Positions 1-9,048 of a stretch of 64,000 bases of DNA are shown piece by piece (positions within the stretch are counted from its first letter, which is position 1; each line of letters opens with the position of its first letter). Both the position numbers and the translations under genes were made by a program. This DNA comes from Candidatus Ozemobacteraceae bacterium (lineage in GTDB: Bacteria > Muiribacteriota > Ozemobacteria > Ozemobacterales > Ozemobacteraceae): assembly GCA_965140445.1 (NCBI GenBank), contig OZ223236.1:3808001-3872000 (forward strand), written 5' to 3'. The notes beneath the pieces are model-generated. The model did no database searches, was not told where the DNA came from, and was given only the letters and a program-made list of their open reading frames with translations.

Positions 1-58
1 CTTTATCATTTCCACATTTAATTGAGCATGTAGCAAGATGTAGTAATTTCTCAATCAT
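1..58 (-). CDS. 5' end of probable trypsin-like serine protease (Avs1b-like), runs off window edge
   Basis: Manual translation from ATG at 58 gives MIEKLLHLATCSIKCGNDK(G). It overlaps the stop of the upstream MBL gene and resembles the 'ATCxIxCGxxxGTG' start of trypsin-like domains. Only 19 codons are visible. Confidence 0.5.
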   Translation of the reverse strand, partial: MIEKLLHLATCSIKCGNDK

Positions 59-1262
59 TATTTGCGGCTCCAATCTTTATCCAGTTGATTGCATTTTCAT
101 GAATTGAAAATGTCGAATTTGATTTGCATATATGTTTGCTAATTTTTTGCGAGGTGGATGTAGAGTAATTGAAATAAATTTTCCTAGGAAAAGTAGCACT
201 TCGATCTAATATGGCCTTTATAAGCTCCTCTGATGGATGTCCGCGCTTTTGTCCGTTTGATGAAACTAAAAAAACTGGTGAATCAATAATTCGAAGCAAA
301 TCTGGACTGGTGCTCCGACAACTACCATGGTGCGAAATTTTGATTGCATCAAAAATAATGGGGAATTCTTGATCTTTTAAGCTCTTTAAAGCTTCTATTA
401 TATCTTCGGCCCAGGAATCTCCTAAAAAAAGTAACTTTGATTTTCCCATTTCAACAATCATAGAAATTGAGCTCCCGTTAGTAATGGATTGATCAGGGCT
501 ATAAATTTCATCAAGGCTCTTTTCATCGGAAGAGCAAAGCTCAATATGCTCCTCCTCTTGGGTCGATTGAGTTTTCATTGAACAGAGAAATTCAAATGCA
601 TCATCAAAAATAGGACTATCACTTATTTGGCTTGCAAACCCTAAACTTTGCAAATCACTAAGCCAGTAATCATGCAGTTGCGCTAGTCTTTCTTTTGTGG
701 GCGCCAGGACACGTATGCTCACATTAGGGGAAATATTATAACAAGAGTAGCTTTGGCAATTTATACTGCAAAAACCTTCTTTTTCATTCCATTTATAACC
801 ATTTTTTAACAGTACTGCTCCTAATGAGCTTCCTTGTTTTGAGCTGATTTCTTCGTGATCATTAAGATTCAAGGGATTGGTTGAAAGTCCGAGCCTACAA
901 ATTTCGGTGATAAGTTCTTGATCCGCCGCTAAGAGCTCTTCTGATTGGGACTTGTGGTTTTTTATGCTTCTTAAGCTGTTGTGCCAAACCTCATTTACTT
1001 TAATAATTGATGGATTCATTGAACTTCCATTTTGTTCAAAAAACTTGATTAGTCCTGCTATATGGTCCGAGTCTATATGAGTTGCCACAACAAGGTCTAA
1101 TGATTCACCTTCGGTGTGGAGCTTTTTTAAGTCAGGCAAAATGCAATTTTGAAAAGTTGTAGAAAAGCCACCATCAATAAGTAAGATAGTAGGGGCTGGG
1201 CCAGATTCTTTTATCAGGAAAGCATCACCATTAAAAGATGGATACATTTTAATATATGACAT
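51..1262 (-). CDS. MBL-fold metallo-hydrolase (ComEC/Rec2-like), resembling AVAST type 1 Avs1a
   Basis: Motifs NGDAFLI, LIDGG, THIDSDHIAG (HxDxDH), NGSSI, LFLGDS, KISHHGS, GHP. Confidence 0.8.
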   Translation of the reverse strand: MSYIKMYPSFNGDAFLIKESGPAPTILLIDGGFSTTFQNCILPDLKKLHTEGESLDLVVATHIDSDHIAGLIKFFEQNGSSMNPSIIKVNEVWHNSLRSIKNHKSQSEELLAADQELITEICRLGLSTNPLNLNDHEEISSKQGSSLGAVLLKNGYKWNEKEGFCSINCQSYSCYNISPNVSIRVLAPTKERLAQLHDYWLSDLQSLGFASQISDSPIFDDAFEFLCSMKTQSTQEEEHIELCSSDEKSLDEIYSPDQSITNGSSISMIVEMGKSKLLFLGDSWAEDIIEALKSLKDQEFPIIFDAIKISHHGSCRSTSPDLLRIIDSPVFLVSSNGQKRGHPSEELIKAILDRSATFPRKIYFNYSTSTSQKISKHICKSNSTFSIHENAINWIKIGAANND

Positions 1263-1709
1263 TTAAGGCCCTAAATGCGAAAGATGGGTATTTTAGCTTA
1301 AGATGTAATTAAAGGTATTATAATGAAATAGTGTGATGAAGTTCAATGAAAAGTATATATAGTATTTGGTAATACAAGACAATGCTGGGTTGAATCTATC
1401 TTTTTGGGAGGATTTCATAAGTGGAAGTCTAAAACTATTACCCGTGAAAAAATTTGACACCTTTTTAAACACTTCGAATCACTTAAAATGCATATCTAAG
1501 TTTCCAGAGTTCAAACTGGAGAATGAAAGCAATAGTAGTGCACTTAAAGAGTATAAGAGTAAGTTTAATTCCAAGTGGAACAAGCTTATTGAGCTTAACT
1601 CAAGAAAATGGCTTTTCCTTTCTGCAGCTCGCAATATGGTTAACTTAAATGGACTAAGCAATATTATACGCTTAGTCCATCGGTTTGCGTTTAGAATATT
1701 TAACTTTTG

Positions 1710-2650
1710 GAGTCTGTAAATTAAATTGTGTAACTGCTTGTAATCCGATATTAATAAAATAGGAGAAACAAGCATAATGGATGAAAGAAAAATTAAGCTT
1801 CTGGCCGAAGAATTAGCCAAAGACATAAAAAGTGAAGCTGATCTATCTAAGCTTACCCAGATTTTTGTAAAAACCACAGTTGAAAAAGCTCTTGGTGTCG
1901 AAATGGAGTCTCATCTTGGTTATTCCAAGCATTCTTCTTTAGGACAAAAGTCTGGCAACAGTAGAAATGGCTACAGTCAGAAAACCTTAAGAACTGATAA
2001 TGGTGAGGTTTTAGTATCTACTCCCCGTGACCGGAATGGAACTTTTGAACCTGAGATTGTTAAAAAAGGACAGACTCGTCTAAAGAGCTTTGATGATAAG
2101 ATTCTCTCGCTTCATGCGAAGGGAATGACTACCAGAGATATTGTTGAGACATTTAAGGAGATGTATGATGCGGACATCTCAGCCGCTCTAGTTTCCAAAG
2201 TTACCGAAGCTGTAATAGAAGATGTCGTTGCCTGGCAAAATAGACCCTTAGAAAGCATTTTATCCTGTTGTCTATTTAGATTGTATTGTTGTTAAAATTC
2301 ACCAAGATAAAAGGGTCATTAATAAAGCCATTTATCTGGCTCTTGGCATAAATCTAGAAGGCCATAAAGAGCTTTTAGGAATGTGGATATCTGAAAATGA
2401 GGGCGCAAAATTTTGGCTATCTGTTCTAACCGAATTGCAAAACCGAGGTCTTAAAGACATTTTTATCTGCTGTGTTGACGGCTTAAGCGGCTTTCCCGAA
2501 GCGATTCAGACTATTTATCCAAATGCTGCCATTCAGCTTTGTATAGTTCATATGGTCAGGAATTCATTGAAATATGTAACTCTCAAAGATAGAAAAACGG
2601 TTGCAGCAGACCTTAAGAAAATTTACAGATCAATTTCTGCAGATGAATAA
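1710..2650 (+). mobile_element. Truncated IS256-family insertion sequence (left end plus partial transposase)
   Basis: IS256-like terminal sequence GAGTCTGTAAATTAAATTGTGTAA at 1710-1733 precedes the transposase. No complementary right end was seen. Confidence 0.85.
1777..2650 (+). pseudogene. IS256 (Mutator-family) transposase, frameshifted and 3'-truncated
   Basis: Motifs NSRNGY, PRDRNGTFEP, GMTTRDI, WQNRPL, then after an extra T near 2257 [12 protein letters not shown]...[26 protein letters not shown]...DGL...QLCIVH. Stops at ISADE, well short of a full-length protein. Confidence 0.9.
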
Positions 2651-2844
2651 TAAAGGATGACACGCCAGAAGAGTAAAAAAAACTTATTGAATACATTTTC
2701 AAACTATTGAATTCATTTAACAGTGCTTTTGAAGAAATATACCCTAAAGAACCTCCTTTTGAATTTGCAGCGGAACAAGATTCCATTTCAGAAGATCAAG
2801 AAGAAAAAACTGATGTTTCTGATTCGATTTTAGAACAAATGTAG
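2650..2844 (+). pseudogene. 3' remnant of an unknown gene joined directly to the truncated transposase
   Basis: Frame reads IKDDTPEE*KKLIEYIFKLLNSFNSAFEEIYPKEPPFEFAAEQDSISEDQEEKTDVSDSILEQM*, with one internal stop and no start. Confidence 0.35.
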
Positions 2845-2876
2845 CGATGTGCAAACCTAAAGCAAAAAAAGCTTCT

Positions 2877-2906
2877 GTCGAACAAGTGTGTCGACACGGA
2901 AAAAAC
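2877..2906 (+). other. Degenerate attC-like left arm
   Basis: GTCGAAC-AAGTG-TGTCGACACGGAAAA aligns with the left arm of the 5066 site; no convincing right arm. Confidence 0.35.
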
Positions 2907-3086
2907 AGAAAAAATTGTAGTCGCTAAATAAAAAACATGATGCTACTAATGCTATTTTTTCTATTCGATTGAGTAAAAATTTCTGTTCCATGATTATCTA
3001 ATAAAAGCTGTTTTTTATTCAATACTGTTTTAATTAGGACATTTGTGTTATTTTACACAAAACACACACATTAAACGAGGTTGATG

Positions 3087-4391
3087 ATGATTGTAGATTT
3101 TAGTGCAAAAAACTATCTTTCAATACAAAATGAAATTACTCTAAGCTTTTTGGCGAACAAGAAAAATGATTCTCACGATCTTTTAATTGTACCAGTGGAA
3201 AAAGGGAGATACCATTTGCATTCATTTTCTGCTCTTTACGGACCAAATGCATCGGGAAAATCTAACATTATTAAAGCATTATCTGAACTTAGAAGATTTG
3301 TTCTTTATTCTCACAAACTAGACTTAGATATACCAATTCCGGCCTATAAACCATTTCGGCTTAACAAAAGCATGATTGGAAAGCCGACAAAATTTGAGCT
3401 AGAGTTTTTGGTTGAAAACATTCGCTATGTTTACATGGTTGAATTTGATCAAAAAGAAATTTTAGAAGAAGAACTGAACTTTTTTCCTGAAGGAAAAATT
3501 GCAAATTTATTCAAAAGGGCAAAAGGCGCGCCAATTAAGTTTGGTACATATTTTAAGGGTGAAAAAAAATCATTAGAAACGTTCCTATTACCTAACAGGC
3601 TATTCTTATCATTAGCGGCAAATTCTCAAAATGATCTATTGAAACCTGTTTATAGGTTTTTTATGAATGGAATAGATATTCACGTTAGAATGGACTCTTC
3701 TCACACCCCTTTTCATAACACTACTATAGAACTTAGGAACAAAGGTGTAAAATTCCAAAAGTTGCTTTCCATAATATTAAAAGCAGCTGATTTAAACGTA
3801 AAAGATGTTAAACTTGTTGAAGATCAAGATATTTCATCAAAAATTGAAGTTCCTAAAGACATGCCTATTGAATTAAAAAATAGGATTATGAACGACCTAA
3901 GATACAAGCCATATATTGGCCATCCAGTCTACAATAACGAGGAAGAAACTAATGAGATAGAGTATTTTGATTTAGAAGACGAAGAATCTACTGGAACTTT
4001 CAAAATGTATGATATTGCAGGTGAAGTTTTAAAGGCGTTGAGAAATGGGACTGTATTGATAATCGATGAATTTAACAGTGGCTTACATCCGCTATTGAAT
4101 AAATTTTTGGTTGAATTGTTTATCAACCCTAAAATAAATCGGTATAATGCACAATTATTTATCTCAACACATGATACCTGTGTTCTAGACTTGAAGAGAT
4201 TAAGAAGAGAACAAATTTGGTTTACTGAAAAAGATACAAAAGGGGCAACGCAACTATTTTCATTAGATGAATATGACAAAAATTTAATACGTGACTATTC
4301 TTCATATGGAAAAAACTACCTTGAAGGAAGATTTAGAGCAGTTCCAGCCCCTAACTTCTCTGATTTGCTTGAAGGATTATTTGATGCCTAA
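3087..4391 (+). CDS. AAA_21/COG1106 ABC-like ATPase (RloA/AbiLi type)
   Basis: N-terminal FSAKNYLSI, Walker A GPNASGKSN, signature ESTGT, Walker B LIIDEF, LHP, H-loop STHD, RREQIWFTEK, YLEGRF. GAGG RBS precedes ATG 3087. Confidence 0.9.
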   Translation: MIVDFSAKNYLSIQNEITLSFLANKKNDSHDLLIVPVEKGRYHLHSFSALYGPNASGKSNIIKALSELRRFVLYSHKLDLDIPIPAYKPFRLNKSMIGKPTKFELEFLVENIRYVYMVEFDQKEILEEELNFFPEGKIANLFKRAKGAPIKFGTYFKGEKKSLETFLLPNRLFLSLAANSQNDLLKPVYRFFMNGIDIHVRMDSSHTPFHNTTIELRNKGVKFQKLLSIILKAADLNVKDVKLVEDQDISSKIEVPKDMPIELKNRIMNDLRYKPYIGHPVYNNEEETNEIEYFDLEDEESTGTFKMYDIAGEVLKALRNGTVLIIDEFNSGLHPLLNKFLVELFINPKINRYNAQLFISTHDTCVLDLKRLRREQIWFTEKDTKGATQLFSLDEYDKNLIRDYSSYGKNYLEGRFRAVPAPNFSDLLEGLFDA

Positions 4392-5001
4392 AAAAAGAAA
4401 AAAAAGTGGAACCAAAAAACTTGAAAAACGACTTCAAATAGTATGCGAGGGCAAAAAAGATAAGTCGGAAAGTGCTTATTTTAAAGCCCTGATAAAGGAT
4501 TGCTCTTTTGCTGGCGAAAGAGTGGAAGTCTCGGTTGTTGACACGAACAAAAACACAGGAAAAGAATTGGTTGAAGAAGCAAAAAAAAATAGAGAATTTG
4601 ATTTTGATGAAGTGTGGGTCGTTTATGATAAAGATGGATACACATTGCATGCCGACACATTCAGCCGAGCAATAGATAGCAACATTAAAATAGCCTTTTC
4701 CTCTATTTCATTTGAAACATGGATTTTATTGCATTTTGAATACACCACCAAAAATTTTCTAAAAAGTGAAGATATCATTCATCACATGAAGACAAAAAAA
4801 TATCTTGATTACCAAAAAAGTTCAAAGTCTGTTTACGAAGAAACTAAGAATAGGTTGGACACAGCAATAAAAAATGCTCAAAAAATACAAAAATATCAAA
4901 AAAAATCGAATCCAAAAGATACAAGAAGATATGAATTTGGTGCATACACCGATATTGACAAACTAATTGCCGCTATTTTTAAATTGCAAAGTGACAAATA
5001 A
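4384..5001 (+). CDS. rloB: RloB family TOPRIM-like protein (AbiLii type)
   Basis: IVCEG...ESAYF, VWVVYDKD, SSISFETWILLHFE, YTDIDKLI. ATG at 4384 overlaps the ATPase end. Confidence 0.85.
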   Translation: MPKKRKKSGTKKLEKRLQIVCEGKKDKSESAYFKALIKDCSFAGERVEVSVVDTNKNTGKELVEEAKKNREFDFDEVWVVYDKDGYTLHADTFSRAIDSNIKIAFSSISFETWILLHFEYTTKNFLKSEDIIHHMKTKKYLDYQKSSKSVYEETKNRLDTAIKNAQKIQKYQKKSNPKDTRRYEFGAYTDIDKLIAAIFKLQSDK

Positions 5002-5065
5002 TTTAAGAATATTTATTAAAAAACTGCTACAGATTCCAAAACAATACAATTAATTTAATAAGACC

Positions 5066-5167
5066 GACGAACAAGAGCGTAAACTCGGAAAATAAAACCG
5101 GATCACGGGTCTTTCTTGCGCAACACCCGCGCCCGTCTTTTACTTCCGGTCACGACCGACGTTAAAG
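5066..5167 (+). other. Integron cassette attC-like recombination site
   Basis: R'' GACGAAC, 5-nt spacer, CGTAAACTCGGAA ... TTCCGGTCACG, 6-nt spacer, R' GTTAAAG. Inner arms TAAAA/TTTTA and CGGGT/ACCCG pair. GC-rich imperfect hairpin 65 bp after the rloB stop. Confidence 0.7.
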
Positions 5168-5276
5168 ATAAAAAAAAGAAATAAATGTTGAATTCAAAAA
5201 ATACATAGAATCCGCGATAAAATTGAAAAGAAACTTGTTCAAATCAGAAACAAAATAGGAGCACAGGGATGGTCTG

Positions 5277-5597
5277 AGTTGATTGGTCAAACATTTTAAT
5301 TTCTTAGTGGTAACCAGCTATATTCATGCTGCAAACCTTTTCATTAGAAATGTTTGAGAAAGTCAACGATGATATTCCCTAAAGGCTATTGCATCAATTT
5401 CCAGGAGCTTGAAATTTTAGTCGAGCAAGAAGCTTTTTTGTCTTTGCATGATTAGAATCGCGGGCAAGGATCTCGTTACAAAAAAGTCTGGTTTTGTTTT
5501 CAATTCCTGGTTTGTAATAGATGAGGGCCAGATAATAGCAAACCTCATTGTCATTGAGCTTTTCTTTTATGCACCGTTCTAACATTTGTCGAGCAGT
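5277..5597. repeat. Direct repeat copy 1 (3' end of TPR gene plus downstream DNA)
   Basis: Long near-identical stretches shared with 10025-10334, e.g. ATTCCCTAAAGGCTATTGCATCAATTTCCAGGAGCTTGAAAT and CGCGGGCAAGGATCTCGTTACAAAAAAGTCTGGTTTTGT. Confidence 0.95.
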
Positions 5598-5819
5598 TTC
5601 GGATTTTTTCATTTTTGCAAGAGATAAGGCGGATTTAAAATTTTCCTTGAAGGCCCACTCATCAACATTTTCGTCGGGGTCAGAAGACTTTGCCTTTTTT
5701 TGCTCTGGAAACAGCTTTTGTTGAAGTGCTAAGGCTTTTTCAGCAAGTTTGTTATGAGCAATCTCCCCAAAATACAGAACAATAAAACTGGTAATGTGGG
5801 CTAAAGATTGTTCTTGAAT
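5394..5819 (-). pseudogene. 5'-truncated TPR-containing gene fragment
   Basis: Frame stays open 69 codons upstream of the ATG at 5612 with no start codon. TPR-like segment DNEVCYYLALIYY...ILARDSNHAKTK. Confidence 0.55.
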
Positions 5820-6086
5820 TCAACATTATTTCGATTTTATAGTTTGCTTGATACGGGGGAGATGCTTTTATTAATTGTGCACTAACGCAAACGCTAAATT
5901 TGATTGTTTTGGTCTCAGAAATTGGCCTTTAAAGAAGTTTTGGAGTATTTGAATGAATAAATGAACAGCCATTAAAAAGCATTATCGAGAGGTAATGAGA
6001 GGCAAGCTATATGCGCACAAACTGTGATCTTTACAAGATGACACGCATGGAGATAAAATGTTGAAAGATTATTTTGGGAGAAATAC

Positions 6087-6599
6087 ATGTCTATAATAGA
6101 AACAGCGAACTCAATTTCATCCCCGCTAGCGTTATTAAGCCTCGCTTTGATATTAGGAGCTTGGATTTACAAGAAGACATTGCGCCACGAAGAAGAGGTT
6201 CTTAAATCTCTTCCAGAAAGTGAACGAGACAGACATTTTGATAAATACCTAACTAGATACAAGATAGATGGAAAAAAACTTCCACAAAAGGATATATTGA
6301 AGCTTATATTAGCCGAGATGAATAACAGGCAAGAACTATTGAAATATTCCATGTTTACCTTGTCAGTCGTGTTTGTGTCCTGCTTTTATCTAACAGTTAC
6401 AAAATATCCAGACCAAAAACCTGAATTTGGAGCTAGCGGAGGAAATCTTGTCCACGTCGGAATAGTTGATGGAAAAGTTACCGGAGAATTCAACAACGAC
6501 AGCACCAATATGAATGCCTCGACAACGATGAATGTCGATCACGTGACACCCAATGGCCAGGCAGATTTTCGTTTTAACGGTACTTCCAAAGGAAATTAG
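6087..6599 (+). CDS. Hypothetical membrane protein (two hydrophobic segments)
   Basis: 170 aa ORF with GGGAG RBS; hydrophobic runs PLALLSLALILGAWIY and MFTLSVVFVSCFYLTV. Confidence 0.7.
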   Translation: MSIIETANSISSPLALLSLALILGAWIYKKTLRHEEEVLKSLPESERDRHFDKYLTRYKIDGKKLPQKDILKLILAEMNNRQELLKYSMFTLSVVFVSCFYLTVTKYPDQKPEFGASGGNLVHVGIVDGKVTGEFNNDSTNMNASTTMNVDHVTPNGQADFRFNGTSKGN

Positions 6600-6602
6600 A
6601 AC

Positions 6603-7334
6603 ATGAACTTATATCTACGGTTTCTTAGATGGAACTTTGTCAAATTGTTAACTATGTATTTCTTAATCTCGTTCTCGTCGCTTTATGGCCAAGTAAACAC
6701 AGTTAATGTTGATACAAATGCCGGCATCATTAATATAAGTTTCGCGACCAATTCGGACAAAGCAACGAATGACATTTTAGCCAAAACTCTTTCAATGGAA
6801 TTAACTCATGTTGGGGATTTGTTGAAAGCTAAGAAACAGTGGAAAAATAGTCTTAGTGTGTATAATTCAGCATTTGGACTTAATGACAGCAACTTTGACG
6901 CCCTGTATGGTGGTTTCATTGTATCTGCAAAGCTATGCGACAAAGTCGAAAGCAAAAAGGAGGTGTTCTTGCGTATAAAGGACACCTGCTTTCCATCTAT
7001 TCCTTCCTGCAACATTTCAAAGAGCAAGTTTTCGAAGGAACAAGAATGCCTATTACTTGAGTTAGCACAATCTTTGGTCGAACATGGTTCAGATGATTGG
7101 AAAACAATTAAAGCCTCCATTATGCAAAATATTGCTCTTCTAGAAAGAAAGGCCGTTAACGAAGTTGGAGATTTGAAAGCTGAGAGAGCACTCAAGAATG
7201 AGGCTGACACGCACTTTGCCAATAAGGACTATTTTCTGGCACTTGAGTATTATACGGCCTATTATAAAAATTTTCCTAGCAACAACTATCCATTGATGCA
7301 AATTGCGGAAATAGTGTCGAAAGTTCGGCCGTAA
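6603..7334 (+). CDS. Hypothetical exported TPR-like protein
   Basis: N-terminal hydrophobic segment; TPR-like helices (VGDLLKAKKQWKNSLSVYNSAFGLN; ADTHFANKDYFLALEYY). Starts 3 bp after the previous stop. Confidence 0.65.
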   Translation: MNLYLRFLRWNFVKLLTMYFLISFSSLYGQVNTVNVDTNAGIINISFATNSDKATNDILAKTLSMELTHVGDLLKAKKQWKNSLSVYNSAFGLNDSNFDALYGGFIVSAKLCDKVESKKEVFLRIKDTCFPSIPSCNISKSKFSKEQECLLLELAQSLVEHGSDDWKTIKASIMQNIALLERKAVNEVGDLKAERALKNEADTHFANKDYFLALEYYTAYYKNFPSNNYPLMQIAEIVSKVRP

Positions 7335-7471
7335 TTTTTGCCTGCACCGATATGTTTGAGCAGATTGACGAGGGGCGCTCGTCCTGTTTTCCTCGCCGGG
7401 TAAAGCTTACTCCATCAGCCACTCAATAGAAACTTGGTATTATACATCATAGAGTTCCTTATTATTCCCGC

Positions 7472-7497
7472 GCATAACAAGTGCGTCGAGATGAAAA
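7472..7497 (+). other. Degenerate attC-like left arm
   Basis: GCATAAC-AAGTG-CGTCGAGATGAAAA aligns with the left arms at 2877 and 5066; right arm not found. Confidence 0.35.
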
Positions 7498-7801
7498 TTG
7501 GCCTCCAGTTGTGACTAGCATTGTATTCACTTAAAGAACCTTAGAAAATAATCAATATGAGAGCATTTGATTTTACTCGTTCTTCGAAACTAGGAAAAAA
7601 ATAGGAACCAGGAACATATAGGGTTTAACAGCTTGGACCATGTGCCAGAAATTTGGGTTTTAGGTATTCTGATTAATTTTGCCGGCACAATAGGAAGCGA
7701 TAATTGATTGCACCAGTAATGAATGATTCATTAAGCTGTTAAACTTTGTGGGATTCTAAAAAAAACATAATTGAAGCTAGGAGCATTATTGCAGGATTTA
7801 T

Positions 7802-7845
7802 AAAAGAAAACCGATGCCAGTTCTATGCTCTTCTGGCATCGGTTT
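7802..7845 (-). terminator. Rho-independent terminator
   Basis: AAACCGATGCCAG / CTGGCATCGGTTT stem with A-tract, just after the stop of 7865..8911. Confidence 0.7.
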
Positions 7846-7864
7846 ATTGGATTATCGGTTTAGT

Positions 7865-8911
7865 TTAACTATTTCTAAATTCACAGGTTTTACAATTTGA
7901 AAGAGTAGAAACTTGTTCTTGAAGAGGCTTGCCAAGATCAAGTGTGAAAACTTCAATTGCATAGTTTTTCTTTTTACAGATTTGAAGCATAAAAGCAGAT
8001 CGCTTTTCTTCCATTTCAAGAATTGGCTGATTTTTTTCGTCAATATCTTTTAGGGCTCTGTTTGAAAGGGGAGTTTTCCCAGATCCCAAAATAATTGGAA
8101 CTTTTGAGCAGCCATATTTCTTTGATTTCAGAAACCTGTGAAGATTGCTTCCATTTATAAATGGCATTTGGACATGTTCATGTCCAAATAATAAGGCATC
8201 GGCAATTGGATTGGCACTTTCAATTGAATTGAAAATGTCGTTGAATTGCTCCCAGTCTTTCATTGAATGGGTTGATTTGGGATTGCTATCCCCTCCGTAA
8301 GGCAGTGGAAAGGGGTGATGGTGAGTAAAAATAATAATTTTCTCTTCATTGGGCCTGTTTTTTAATGATTTTAGAAGCTCTTGGAATTTTTTTCTTTGAT
8401 CAGCCCCAAGATTACCCACAGGAAATATAGATCTGGCATTGACTTTGTTCGTAGAGTCTAAGCCTATGAAATGATGACCTCGGGCTTTAAAGTAAAGTGG
8501 AAAGAATAAGTTTCTATTTTTTTCTGGATATTCAAATCTCAGTTTTTTGTACCCGTTTTCTTGCGGTATAAATGCTAGTTGATGATGTTTGGTATCATTT
8601 TGTAAATTTTTGCTTCCTTTGTTAAGAAATTGATAGTCATGATTTCCTGGAACAGCAGCAAAAAAAACATGGTTGCTGGAAAGCTTTCTTAAAGAATCTG
8701 AAAGTAAAAAAAATTCTGGCAAAGTTCCGGATTCGGTTAGATCACCCGTTATGATGATTACTGTGTTTGATTCATTTAGAATTCCATTTTGTTGGCCAAT
8801 GCTGCTTGCGATGTTGTCTATGCATAGCTTTGAACCAAAATTTTCTGGTGCATACTCACTAACATGAAAATGTAAATCACTGATATGTAATAAATTTAAG
8901 CAGTTTGTCAT
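7865..8911 (-). CDS. Calcineurin-like metallophosphoesterase
   Basis: HISDLH, ITGDLT, PGNHD, THHHP, FGHEH motifs. Confidence 0.88.
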   Translation of the reverse strand: MTNCLNLLHISDLHFHVSEYAPENFGSKLCIDNIASSIGQQNGILNESNTVIIITGDLTESGTLPEFFLLSDSLRKLSSNHVFFAAVPGNHDYQFLNKGSKNLQNDTKHHQLAFIPQENGYKKLRFEYPEKNRNLFFPLYFKARGHHFIGLDSTNKVNARSIFPVGNLGADQRKKFQELLKSLKNRPNEEKIIIFTHHHPFPLPYGGDSNPKSTHSMKDWEQFNDIFNSIESANPIADALLFGHEHVQMPFINGSNLHRFLKSKKYGCSKVPIILGSGKTPLSNRALKDIDEKNQPILEMEEKRSAFMLQICKKKNYAIEVFTLDLGKPLQEQVSTLSNCKTCEFRNS

Positions 8912-9048
8912 ATATACTGGCTTGAAAGCCTCTCTCCTCTCATATGCTTAAAAGGAAAATAGCACTGAGCAATAAATTTTTCAATTAACATTGAAAAAAA
9001 TAAAATTTAATTGTATTGAAATCTATAACAATTTGAGAGGAGATTTTT

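Noticed and set aside
1649..1680. Perfect 11-bp inverted repeat ATGGACTAAGC/GCTTAGTCCAT considered as an attC site
   Set aside because: No unpaired extrahelical bases, wrong spacing to GTT, and no similarity to the other attC-like arms; function unknown
1366..1719. 117 aa ORF upstream of the IS256 end
   Set aside because: TTG start, no RBS, no recognisable motifs, and the stop falls inside the IS terminus. It could be a disrupted gene, but I cannot support that.
1479..1877. 132 aa minus-strand ORF
   Set aside because: Antisense shadow of the transposase start and IS end
4291..4383. Extended N-terminus of RloB given in the ORF track
   Set aside because: GTG start lies deep inside the ATPase gene; ATG 4384 gives a normal short overlap and the typical basic RloB N-terminus
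7340..7410. GC-rich stretch (CTGCACCGA...CGCCGGGTAAAGCT) resembling a decayed attC
   Set aside because: No AAC/GTT boxes at correct spacing and only weak pairing
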